A program made the translations under genes and the position numbers. From positions 1 to 64,000 of IMG/VR virus record IMGVR_UViG_3300025929_000015: 64,000 bases of DNA; one strand, 5' to 3'. The notes under the pieces were generated by a model that saw only the letters and a program-made list of their open reading frames with translations, ran no database searches and was not told the DNA's origin. The stretch is from a virus. Shown here in pieces: positions 19,391 through 29,100 of this stretch. Positions within the stretch are counted from its first letter, which is position 1; each line of letters begins with the position of its first letter.

Positions 19391-20441
19391 CCTGGCCCGA
19401 ATTTCAGTGTTGCTGATGTTTTTGCTGGGTGGTCTGAGGCCCTGACAGGGCTCGGTTGTGAAGTCCAAAGCTACAATCTAGATGATTTAGGACCGCCTCT
19501 CTTTCTACGGGAGCTGTCTGCTGCCGACCGGGGAGGAAGACGACGAGGGGCGCCCGGAGATCCACAAGGCGCTGACCAACGACCAGGCCATCCACGCCGC
19601 GCTGCAGGGCATGTCCCACGCGCTGTACACCTACTGGCCGGACGTGGTGCTGTTCATCTCCGCGTTCTGGGTCACCCCCGCGCTGCTGCATGTCATCCGG
19701 CAGCGCCGCCACAAGATCGTCATCTTGCACACCGAATGCCCCTACCAGGACGACTCCCAGCTGGAACGGGCCCAGTTCGCCGACATCAACCTGCTCAACG
19801 ACCCGGTCAGCATCGACCGGTACGCCCGGCTGGACGGCGACGCGGTGTACATGCCGCACGCCTACCGGCCCGCCGTGCACCACCCCCGCCCGGCCGGGAC
19901 CGGCGCGGACCCCGCGCTGGCCGCGGACCTGGCGTTCATCGGGACCGGCTTCAAGTCCCGGGTTGAGTTCTTCGAGGCGATGGACCTGACCGGGCTGGAC
20001 GTGCTGCTCGGCGGGATGTGGATGGACCTGGCCGAGGACTCGCCGCTGCGCACCTACCTCGGCCACGACACCGAGCTGTGCGTGCACAACGACGAGACCG
20101 CCATGATCTACCGCAACGCCCGGTGCGGGATCAACTTCTACCGCCGCGAATGGGAAGAAGGCATGGCCCCGGCCGATGGCTGGGCGATGGGGCCGCGCGA
20201 GGTGGAGATGGCGGCCAGCGAGCTGTTCTTCCTGCGCGACCCGCGCGGCGAAGGCGACGAGCTGTTCAAGGGGATCCTGCCCACCTTCAGCGGGCCCGCC
20301 GAGGCGTCCGCGCTGCTGCGCTGGTGGCTGGCCCGGGACGGACTGCGCGCAACGCGGGCCGGTCAGGCGCGGGCAGCGGTCGCGGACCGGACGTTCGCGA
20401 ACCACGCCCGGCGGCTGCTGGCGATGCTGGACGACCGGTAG
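19370..20441 (+). CDS. GT-B glycosyltransferase (CgeB/Glyco_trans_1_2-like), split by a frame disruption at 19487-19493
   Basis: RBS GGAGGTG, then MRILIVHPG...YNLDD in frame 0. Continues RLSFYG...DLAFIGT...PREVEMAA in the +1 frame from 19494; 354 aa if joined. Confidence 0.8.
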
Positions 20442-20691
20442 CCTTCCGGAACTTCTCCGCCAGCGGGAGCAGGTCCGGGCGCTGCTCCCGCCAGACACCA
20501 TCCCGGCTGCGGAACAGCACCTGGGTGCCGTCCCGGCGGTGGATCAGCGACGGCTCCAGGCACACCACGCCCCACGGCCAGAACAGCCGCTGGTGCCACT
20601 CGAACGCGCTCGGCGACCCGAACGTCTGGTGACACTGCGCGCAGTGGCAGGTCCGCTTCCCGGTGAACGCGCACGTGCACATGCGCACCAT
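20287..20691 (-). CDS. Zn-binding protein (CxxC...F...AF.xH type)
   Basis: CHCAQCHQTFGSPSAFEWHQR motif. Confidence 0.55.
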   Translation of the reverse strand: MVRMCTCAFTGKRTCHCAQCHQTFGSPSAFEWHQRLFWPWGVVCLEPSLIHRRDGTQVLFRSRDGVWREQRPDLLPLAEKFRKATGRPASPAAAGRGSRTSGPRPLPAPDRPALRAVRPGPATSAAARTPRRAR

Positions 20692-20799
20692 GATAAATGT
20701 CCGGGCCGCCGGCCTCCTAATGCGTCCGCGCGCGAGAGCGCCGGCGGTCAACACGGCCCTGAACGGGCTCCCATCACTCAAAGCAAGGAGTGGAATACT

Positions 20800-21570
20800 G
20801 TGAGTCGTATTCACGGTCTACACCAGCAGGCCGCCTGAGAGAGCGATCTTTCAGAGTAAACCGCGAGAATTGCTGGGACACCCGAGTCACCTGGCCAGGC
20901 CACAACGTGGGGCGAAAGCCCGGGCGTGACGGCTTGAGAACTGGCCAGCAGAGGGGCAATCAGCAGCCGAGCCCGCCTGGGTCCGCCCGACGGGAAGGTT
21001 CAGAGACTATGTACGTGGCACCCCACGCGGGTGAAGATATAGTCCGGTCTGCATGGAGACATGCAGAGGCAGGCGGAAACGACCTGCCCGCCCGTTTTCA
21101 GGTAGCGGAAACGGGAAGTAACAAATACGCGCAACGGAATCGCCTACGTCGCCGTCAACGGCCCAGGTGGGGGCGCCGCCACCGGCTCCGCCGTCGCCTC
21201 GCCGATGGCTTTTCTTACTGACTGGAGTATTAATTTCACCGTCGCTAAGGTGGATGTCACCGCGATGGGGGACTCGAACCTGATCTACGTGGCCGGCCTG
21301 CCGGACGCTTCGGGGGACTTCACCGGGTTCTACGACACCGCGACCGCGCAGACCTACGTGGCCGCGACGGACGGCCTGAGCCGCAACTTCTACCTGTACC
21401 CGTCCACGATCGGGGCCCAGGGTACCGCTCCTGGTCAGTACTTCTTCGGAACGATCATCCCTGACTACTCCCTGACGGGTGGTGTCGGGGCCGCGGTCAC
21501 CATGAAGTCAACCTGGAACGCTGCCACGATCATCTCGCGCTACCCGGCGTCTGGTATCGCGGGTACGTAA
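20800..21570 (+). CDS. Major tail tube protein, spliced: join(20800..20817,21130..21570)
   Basis: RBS AAGGAG. Spliced frame reads MSRIHG|RNGIAYV...WSINFTVAKVDVTAMGD...YVAGLPDASGDFTGFYD. Lies upstream of the chaperone and tape measure. Confidence 0.88.
20818..21129 (+). ncRNA. Group I self-splicing intron, 312 nt, no ORF
   Basis: P AATTGCTGGGA (20868), Q AATCAGCAG (20958), R GTTCAGAGACTAT (20998), S AAGATATAGTCC (21034); P7 GACTAT/ATAGTC; P1 cggu|cu pairs with aggccg with U.G at the splice site; terminal G. Confidence 0.93.
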
Positions 21571-21576
21571 CCTGGC

Positions 21577-21715
21577 GGCAGCACCCCGGCCGTATCAATT
21601 CTGGGTTTCCCGTGACCAGTCTGGGCCGGGGTGCTGCCCCACGATCCGCTGTGCTGGCAGCACCCCGGCCGTTTCTCTCATGGAGGCCGTTCCCCTCTGG
21701 GCCAGGGTGCTGCCA
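21577..21715 (-). ncRNA. Two dual-spacer stem-loop units (A1, A2)
   Basis: A1: ggcagcaccccgg-ccgt-atcaattc-tgg-gtttc-ccgt-gaccagtc-tgg-gccggggtgctgcc. A2: ...ccgt-ttctctca-tgg-agg-ccgt-tcccctc-tgg-gccagggtgctgcca (one 7-nt segment). Confidence 0.8.
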
Positions 21716-21737
21716 TACCCGGTTGATGGGTTCTGTC

Positions 21738-21766
21738 AGGGTAACCCATGCGCGAAGTTAGGACAA
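21738..21766 (-). promoter_or_regulatory. Putative promoter for units A1/A2
   Basis: Minus strand TTGTCC-N17-TACCCT; same -35 type as the promoter at 16534. Confidence 0.55.
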
Positions 21767-21767
21767 G

Positions 21768-22337
21768 GTGAGCACAGACAGCTACGACCTGGATCTCGGG
21801 TCGGAACACGACGCGATCGTCGTGCAGGCCAGCTCCGACCGGGAGCTGGCCGGTGAGGTCATCACGCCCGGTGAGAGCATCACTCTCGCCGGGCGTTCTT
21901 TCCGTGTCGCGGAGAAGGTCGGCCTGATGCCGCTGCTCAAGTTTTCTCATGCGGCCGGGCTCAAGACGACCGATGAGCGGGCGTACGTGGCGATGTACCA
22001 GATCCTGCGGGACGTGATCCGCGGGGCGGACCCGGCCTGCGGCCGGTGCGAGGGATGCAAGGAGGCGGCCGGGGAGCCGACCGCGCGGGACTGCCTGACC
22101 GCGGACGGCGGGGACTGGGACGCGTTCGAGGACTGGGCGGTGGAATGCAAGGCGGACGCCGATGAGCTGCTGGACGTGGTGTCGGAGGCGGTCAAGGTGA
22201 TCACTGCCCGCCCTACCAAGCCAGCTTCCGGCTCCTCGCCTTCGTCGCCGCGAACTTCGCGGACCTCGACGGGCAGCAAGTCCGCACGTGCGGGCGGGGC
22301 CTCCGGGGGCTCACGCCGCGGGAAGCGTGCAACCTAG
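21768..22337 (+). CDS. Tail assembly chaperone (short form)
   Basis: Lies between tube and TMP; ends RPT plus a Ser-rich tail, typical of G/GT genes. Confidence 0.75.
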   Translation: MSTDSYDLDLGSEHDAIVVQASSDRELAGEVITPGESITLAGRSFRVAEKVGLMPLLKFSHAAGLKTTDERAYVAMYQILRDVIRGADPACGRCEGCKEAAGEPTARDCLTADGGDWDAFEDWAVECKADADELLDVVSEAVKVITARPTKPASGSSPSSPRTSRTSTGSKSARAGGASGGSRRGKRAT

Positions 22338-22519
22338 CCTGGTCGGTGCTGGCCGAGGGCAAGGACGGCGAGGAGCGCCAGATGCTGGCTGACGAGCTGT
22401 ACGCGGGCGGGCGCGGCGAGGCCAGCTCGCACGACTGGGCGCTGGATCAGCTGCGCCGGGACATGGCGGCGCGCGGGATGGACATGGAGGGCGGTCATGG
22501 CGCAGATCCGGCTGGATGA
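22211..22519 (+). CDS. Tail assembly chaperone -1 frame extension (GT-type)
   Basis: Start-less -1 frame PYQASFRLLAFVAANFADLDG...; overlaps at CGC CCT ACC. Confidence 0.65.
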   Translation, partial: PYQASFRLLAFVAANFADLDGQQVRTCGRGLRGLTPREACNLAWSVLAEGKDGEERQMLADELYAGGRGEASSHDWALDQLRRDMAARGMDMEGGHGADPAG

Positions 22520-22874
22520 GCTGGCGATCCGGGAGATCCTGGACGACCCGGGCGGGGAGGTGGCGCTGTGGCTGGAGGAGCTGGCGTCGCGGGCGGCCGG
22601 GGTGGCCCGGTCGACGGTGCGGGTGCGGACCGGGGAGACGCTCAGCTCGATCGCGACAGAGATGCATTACGGCCCGGATTACCTCTCCAGCGAGGTGCAC
22701 GCGAACTACGCGGTGTTCTTCCTGGAGAAGGGCACCAAGCGGCACACGATCCGGGCGCACGGCAAGTACTCGCTGGCGCACGACAAGCTGGACTACTTCG
22801 GCCCGGTGGTGGACCACCCGGGCCAGCCCCCGCATCCGTTCCTGACCACGGGGCTGTGGTCGCTGGCGGAGTTA
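22497..22874 (+). CDS. HK97 gp10-like tail-completion protein; apparent end at TTA 22872-22874
   Basis: YAVFFLEKGTKRHTIR...VDHPGQPPHPFL is the usual C-terminal motif. The standard-code ORF runs on to 23006, antisense to small ORFs. Confidence 0.75.
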
Positions 22875-23166
22875 GCCGCCGCCGCGGGCGCACCGGGTGC
22901 ACAGTACGCACCCGGGACGGGCCGGGTAGACCTTGCACCGCCGGCAGGTCACGATGCCGCCGGGGCGGGCTGCCAGCCGGGGAGCTGGTCGTGCTCGATG
23001 CTGTGATCGGCGAGTTCCTGCCAGGACTCGTGCGGGCCTGGCTGCCCGTTGACAAGCTTCTCCACCGCTGCCCCTTCGCTGCATGAAAGCAGGCTGGGCC
23101 GGGGTCTGGAGTCCGCTGCTGTCCTTTTCCTGCTTTGACTGTACCCGAACCGGGAGGTGACCCGCC

Positions 23167-26100
23167 ATGGCGAAACGCCTAGCAGAGGCGTATGTCTCGA
23201 TCGAGGCGGACTCCCGGCTGTTCCGCGCCGAGGCGCTGGCCGGGCTGAAGAAGGCGCTGGCCGGGGTGGAGGCGAAGATCCCGCTGACCGCCGACACCAA
23301 GAGCGCGATCACCCAGATCGAGATCCTGAAGAAGCGGATGGAGGCACTCGGCAAGCAGCTGGCCGAGGTGAAGATCGGCGCGGACGGCAAGCCGCTCGAG
23401 GCGACGGTGCGGCGGCTGCAGCTGAAACTGCTGGAGGTCGCCAAGACGGTCGCGTCGGTGACCATCGGCGGGGACACCACCAAGATCGACGCGGCCATCG
23501 CCCGGTCGGAAGCCAGGCTGGTGGGGCTGTACCGGCAGGCGTCCGCGCTGAAGCTGGACGCGGACGAGAAGGCGCTGGCGGCGAAGATCGCCAAGGCGGA
23601 GGCAGAGCTGGCCGGGCTGGAGGCGCAGGCGTCCGGGCTGCAGCTGGACGCCGACGACAAGGCGCTGCAAGCGAAGCTTTTCAAAGAGTACGCGCAGCTC
23701 GAGACGCTGAACCGGAAGATGTCGAACCTGCAGCTGGACGCCGACGACAAGGCGCTGCTGTCGAAGATCGCCACGATGAAGGCGCAGATTGTCCATCTGG
23801 AAAACGCGATGGGCAAGATGAAGATCCCCATGGACATCGTCGCCGCGAAGCGGAAGGTCGATTCGCTGAAGGCCGATATCGCGGTGCTGAAGGACGAGGC
23901 GTCCAGGATCGAGCTGTCCGCCCACTACGAGGAGCTGCTCGCGGCGATCGACGCGTCTGAGGCGCGGATCGCGGTGCTGAAGTCGGATGCCGCCGACATC
24001 GAGCTGATCGCGAAGGCGGTCGCGCTGGACGCTGCGGTGGACGCGTCCCGGGCGAAGCTGAAGGTGCTGAAGGAAGACGGGCGGGTCGAGCTGGTCGCCC
24101 GGGCGGTCGAGCTGAACAAGACGATCGCCGTGGAAGAGGATCTGCTGCGGGGGCTGAAGCGGGAGGCGGCCGACATCAGGATCGCCGGGCCGGACACCGG
24201 CGAGCTGGCCGGCGCCGAGCTGTCCATGCTGCGGCTGGAGAAGGAGTTCGGGGACCTGCGCGGCAGTGCCGGGGCGCTGAACGTGGCACTGGTCACCGGC
24301 GGGCGGAACTTCGGCCGGTTCGGGCTGGGCGTGCTGACCGCGCGGGTGGCGCTGTTCGGCGGGCTGAGCGCGGTCTCGGGCTGGCACCTGGCGCTGGACG
24401 GGGTCGTGGAGACGCTGGCCGTGGTGGTCCCGGCGCTGGTGACCGCGGCCGCGGGCCTGGCCGCGTTCGGGATCGCGGGCGCCGACGCGGCCCGCGCGGT
24501 GTATCAGCGGCTGCAGAACATCCACACGGTCGCCGACGCGACCAACAAGACGATCGCGCCGATGACCGGGAACCTGGAGGCGCTGCACGCCCAGGTCCGC
24601 CCGCAGGTGTGGCAGCTGTACGGGGACGCGATCGCGATCGCGGGCACCAAGACGGGGCTGTTCAACCAGCTGGCGGTCAGCACCGGCGGGGTGATCGACC
24701 GGTTCGCCGCGAAGATCACCGTGCTGGCCACCACCAGCGGCACGGGGCTGTCGAACTTCCTGAAAGTGGGCCAGCGGGACCTGGCCGAGTTCGGGCGGAT
24801 CGCGGCGTCGCTGGGCAGCGCGTTCGGCAAGCTGATCCAGGTCACCCAGCAGACCCACATCGCCGAGTACCTGCTGAACATCGTCGGCGCGGCCGCGAAG
24901 GCGTTCGACATCTTCACCAGGCTGCCGCTGCCGCTGCTGGCCACGGTGGTGGCGATCCACGGCATCTACCTGTGGTCCGGGCTGGCAGCCTCGGGCATCA
25001 TCGGGCTGCTGCGCCCGCTGGAGCGGATGACCGCCGCGGCGGCCGGGGCGAAGCTGGCCGGCACCGCGGTCAAGGACCTGGCCGACGCGGGGAACGCCTC
25101 GAAGTTCCGGACGCTGGGCGCCACGCTCTCCGACCTGGGCACGAACCTCAAGGCGCTGCCGGGCCGGGTGGTGACGCTGGGCAAGGCGTTCCTCGGGCTG
25201 TTCGCGAACGGGTGGACGTGGGCGGTGGTCGGCGTGGTCCTGCTGGCCGGCCTGGCGATCGCGCTGTCGCGGACCAAGAGCGCCACCGACCGGTTCATCG
25301 ACTCGCTGAACACCATGGTCTCCCGCGCGTCGGTGTTCACGGTCATCAATACCCTCGGCGCGGGCCTGATCCAGACCAACACCCGGCTGGCCGCCGCGAA
25401 CTCGGCGGTCGCGGCCGGGCTGAAGGCGATGCAGGACCGGATGCACTCGGCGTCCTCCGAGGCCGTGCAGTACGGCTCCAACCAGAACCAGCTGGTCAAC
25501 GACACGCGCGCCCTGGCCGCCGAGCATGACAAGCTGGCCGGCCAGCTGACCTTGGTCACCGGGCGGCTGACGTACCTGACCCAGGCGTTCGGCACCCAGG
25601 GACTGACCGGGGCGATGGCGCTGGCGCACCTGGCCGGGGTGAACCTGAACCAGCTGCTGTCCACCGACAACAAGGTGTGGGCGGCAGCGGTCCAGCAGAT
25701 CGCCGGGGTGGTGCAGGGCTACGCCAACATGGGGCAGGGCGCTACCCAGCTCGCCAACGACATCAACGTGCTGACCGTCGTCCAGTCCGACCAGCTGAAA
25801 AACGTGCAGACGCTGAACAGCGCGTTCGACGAGTTCACCAAGATCGTGTCCGGGCCGGTCACCGGATTCCTGACCCTGGCCAACACGCTGAAGCGGTTCG
25901 GCTCCGACGCGTCCGTGGCCGGCGCGCAGATGTCCGGGCTGGGCACCGGGATGACCGGGGTGTCCAAGAAGGTCACCGACGCGTCGCTGCAGCTGCAGAC
26001 CGACTTCCAGGACACGTTCAGCGCGGCCACCCAGATGGCCGACGCGATGCGGCTGACCGGGACCGCCTCGGCCCAGCAGGTGTCCGCCATCAGGAACGTC

Positions 26101-29100
26101 GTGCAGGTGATGATCCCGATGGCGGGGTCCAACAAGGCGGCCGCGGCGGAGGTCTCCGCGCTGGCGCAGGAGGCCGGCGGCCCTGCCACCACGAACCTGA
26201 AGGAACTCGCCAAGTGGGCCGGGCACACCAAGGACCCGCTGTCCGCGGCGCAGAAGGCGGCCCAGGACGCGGCCATCTCCTTCTACAACATGTCCCTGGA
26301 CGCGCAGAAGCTCGGCACCACCTTGTCGCAGGACCTGACCAAGGACATGGCGGCCGCGGTGGAGAACGCGGTCGGGCTGCAGGGCGCGATGAACAAGTTC
26401 GCGCTGGACCTGAAGAACGCGGGCACGTCGATCGTGACGACCAACAGCGACCGCAAGGCGCTGATCGCCGACCTGGCGCTGGTCGGCATCAAGGGCAAGC
26501 AGGCCGACGCGATCGTCAACGCGATCAGCGGGACGCTGAAAAGCTCCAAGGGCCCGGTCAGCGACGCGGCCGTGGCGTTCGAGAATTTCGCCATCCACGG
26601 GCTGGGGCTGAGCCAGGCCAAGGCCGATGCGCTGTGGAAGACGCTCGCGGCGTCGGACCTGCCCGCGCTGGCCGCCAAGGCGGACACCACCCGGGCGAAG
26701 TTCGACGACCTGGCGGTCAAGGGCCTGAACCTGACCCAGAACCAGGCCGACGCGCTGTGGAAGCACCTGCGGATGCAGTACCTGGACCAGATCGCCACCA
26801 AGACCGACACGTCCAAGACCAAGTTCGAGCAGCTCGCCAAGGACGGCCTGGACCTGACCAAGGGCGCCGCCGACGCGCTGTGGACCAAGCTGCGCCAGCA
26901 GTACCTGGACACGCTGGCGAACAAGTCCGACATGACCAAGGCCAAGTTCGAGCAGCTCGCCTCGCAGATGGGCATCACCCGGGGCGAGGCGGACAAGCTG
27001 TGGGCGTCGCTGCGCCGGGTCGCGTCCGGCAGCCCGTACGTGGCCAAGACGATCGTGGAGGCGTCCGGCAGCGGGCAGATCACCATCCAGGGCTCGGGGT
27101 GGGCGACCGGGTCGGGCAACGTCCGGTTCCACGCCGCGCGCGGCGCCTACATCAACGCCGGGTCCGGGCCGACCGCCGACGACGTGCCCGCGATGCTGTC
27201 CAAGGGGGAGCTGGTCGTCCCCACCCACATGGTCAAGGCCGGGGCGGTCGATCACCTGCGCGGCAAGCTGCCCGGGTTCGCCTCCGGCGGCCTGGTCGGC
27301 CTCGCGGACCAGGCCCCCGGCCTGCCCCCCCAGGCCACCAGGATCGCCGGGAACCTGGCCACCAAGGCGGTCAGCACCTTCATCAACAAGACGATGGCCG
27401 CGATCAAGGCCGAGGTGAACAGCAACGACGCGCTGGCCGGGTCCGGCCCGGCCGTGGTGTCCTACGCGCGCAGCTTCCTCGGCAAGATCCCGTACGTCTT
27501 CGGCGGTAACAGCCTGTCCAGCGGCATCGACTGCTCCGGGTTCACCCAGGCGGTGTACGGTCACTTCGGCATTCACGCGCCGCGCACGTCCGAGTCGCAG
27601 TTCGCCTGGGCGACCAAGTCCGCCCCGACCCCCGGCGGGCTGGCGTTCTACGTGAGCCCGGCGGGCGGGCCCCCGCCCGGTCACGTCGCCATCGTGCAGG
27701 ACGCCAAGAGCGTCATCTCCCAGGGCGGCGGGATGGGCCCGCAGATCGAGTCGCTGCGGTTCCTGCCGCTGATGGGTACCGGGGTGCCCAAGGGCGGCTT
27801 CCCGGCCGCCGCGGGCGGGGGCGGCAACCTCCCCATCGGGCCCGGGACCGGGGGGCGCTTTTCCTGGGGGCAGCTGGAGCAGCTGTGGGTCCGGGCCGGG
27901 GGCCGCGGCGGCGCCGCCGCGGCCATGGCCTCGATTGCCATCGCCGAGTCGGGGGGCGACCCGCGGGCGCGTAACCCCAGCGGGGCCAGCGGCCTCTGGC
28001 AGATCCTCGGGCTGCCGTTCCCCGGGAACCCGTTCGACCCGATGACCAACGCCCGGATGGCGGTCGCCAAGTACAACGCGAACGGGTTCTACCCGTGGAT
28101 CTCCGACCCGGTCGCGGCCCGGCTGATCGCCGCCGGCATTACCCGGGCCAAGGGCGGCCTGGTCGGGTACGCGGCCGGGGGGACGGCCGGCGGGCTGCGC
28201 GCCCAGCTGGCCGCCGAGCAGCGGGGCGAGCAGGCCAAGTACTTCGGGCTGGAGCACAGTTTCGCGATCGGGCCGGCTAAGTACCGCACCGCGCTGACCC
28301 GGCAGGAGCTGGCTACCCTGGCCCGCAACCAGCAGCTCGAGGTGGCCGCCTACCGGGGGCTGACCGGTCCGGGCCTGACCACCGCGGCGCTGCACCACCT
28401 GGGCGCGACCGCGCGGGCAGTGCAGCGGACCGCGTCGGACCAGGAGCTGTCCCGGCCGGCGTCCCAGGGCGGGCACCCGCTGTTCGCCGCGGACCTGCGC
28501 AAGTACCTGGGCCAGCTGTCCGCGACGGCCAGCGGCACCGTGCCCGCGGGCGGCGGCGGCACGGGCGGCGGCACGGGCGGCAGCGGCACGCCCGGCGGGA
28601 AGATCACCAGCGCCCGGCAGCTGCGCGCCCAGCTGGCCGCCGAGCAGCGGGGCGAGCAGGCCAAGTACTTCGGGCTGGAGCACAGTTTCGCGATCGGGCC
28701 GGCCAAGTACCGCACCAAGGCCGTCAAGGCGGAACTGGCCGCGCTGACCCGCAACCAGGCCGCCGAGCTGGCCGACTACGCCCGGGTGTCCGGGTCCGGC
28801 GAGCTGGCCGATAACGTCCGGCTGTCCGGGCTGAACATGGCGAACCTCAAGCACCTGTCCCGGACGGCGGACGCGGAATCGAAGACCGCGGCCGGCTTCT
28901 GGCTGTCGCACAAGCCCGGCGGTCACCCGCTGTTCGCGAAAGACCTGCGCAAGTTCCTGGCGCAGATCTCCGCGACCGTGGCAGCGGGCGTGACCGCCGC
29001 GGAGACCGGCGTCCCGGGCCTGGGCCTGCCGCCGGTCACCCACACTTACGGCGGCGACGTCGGCAACCGGATCGCCGCGTTCTTGTCCGCGGTGATGGCC

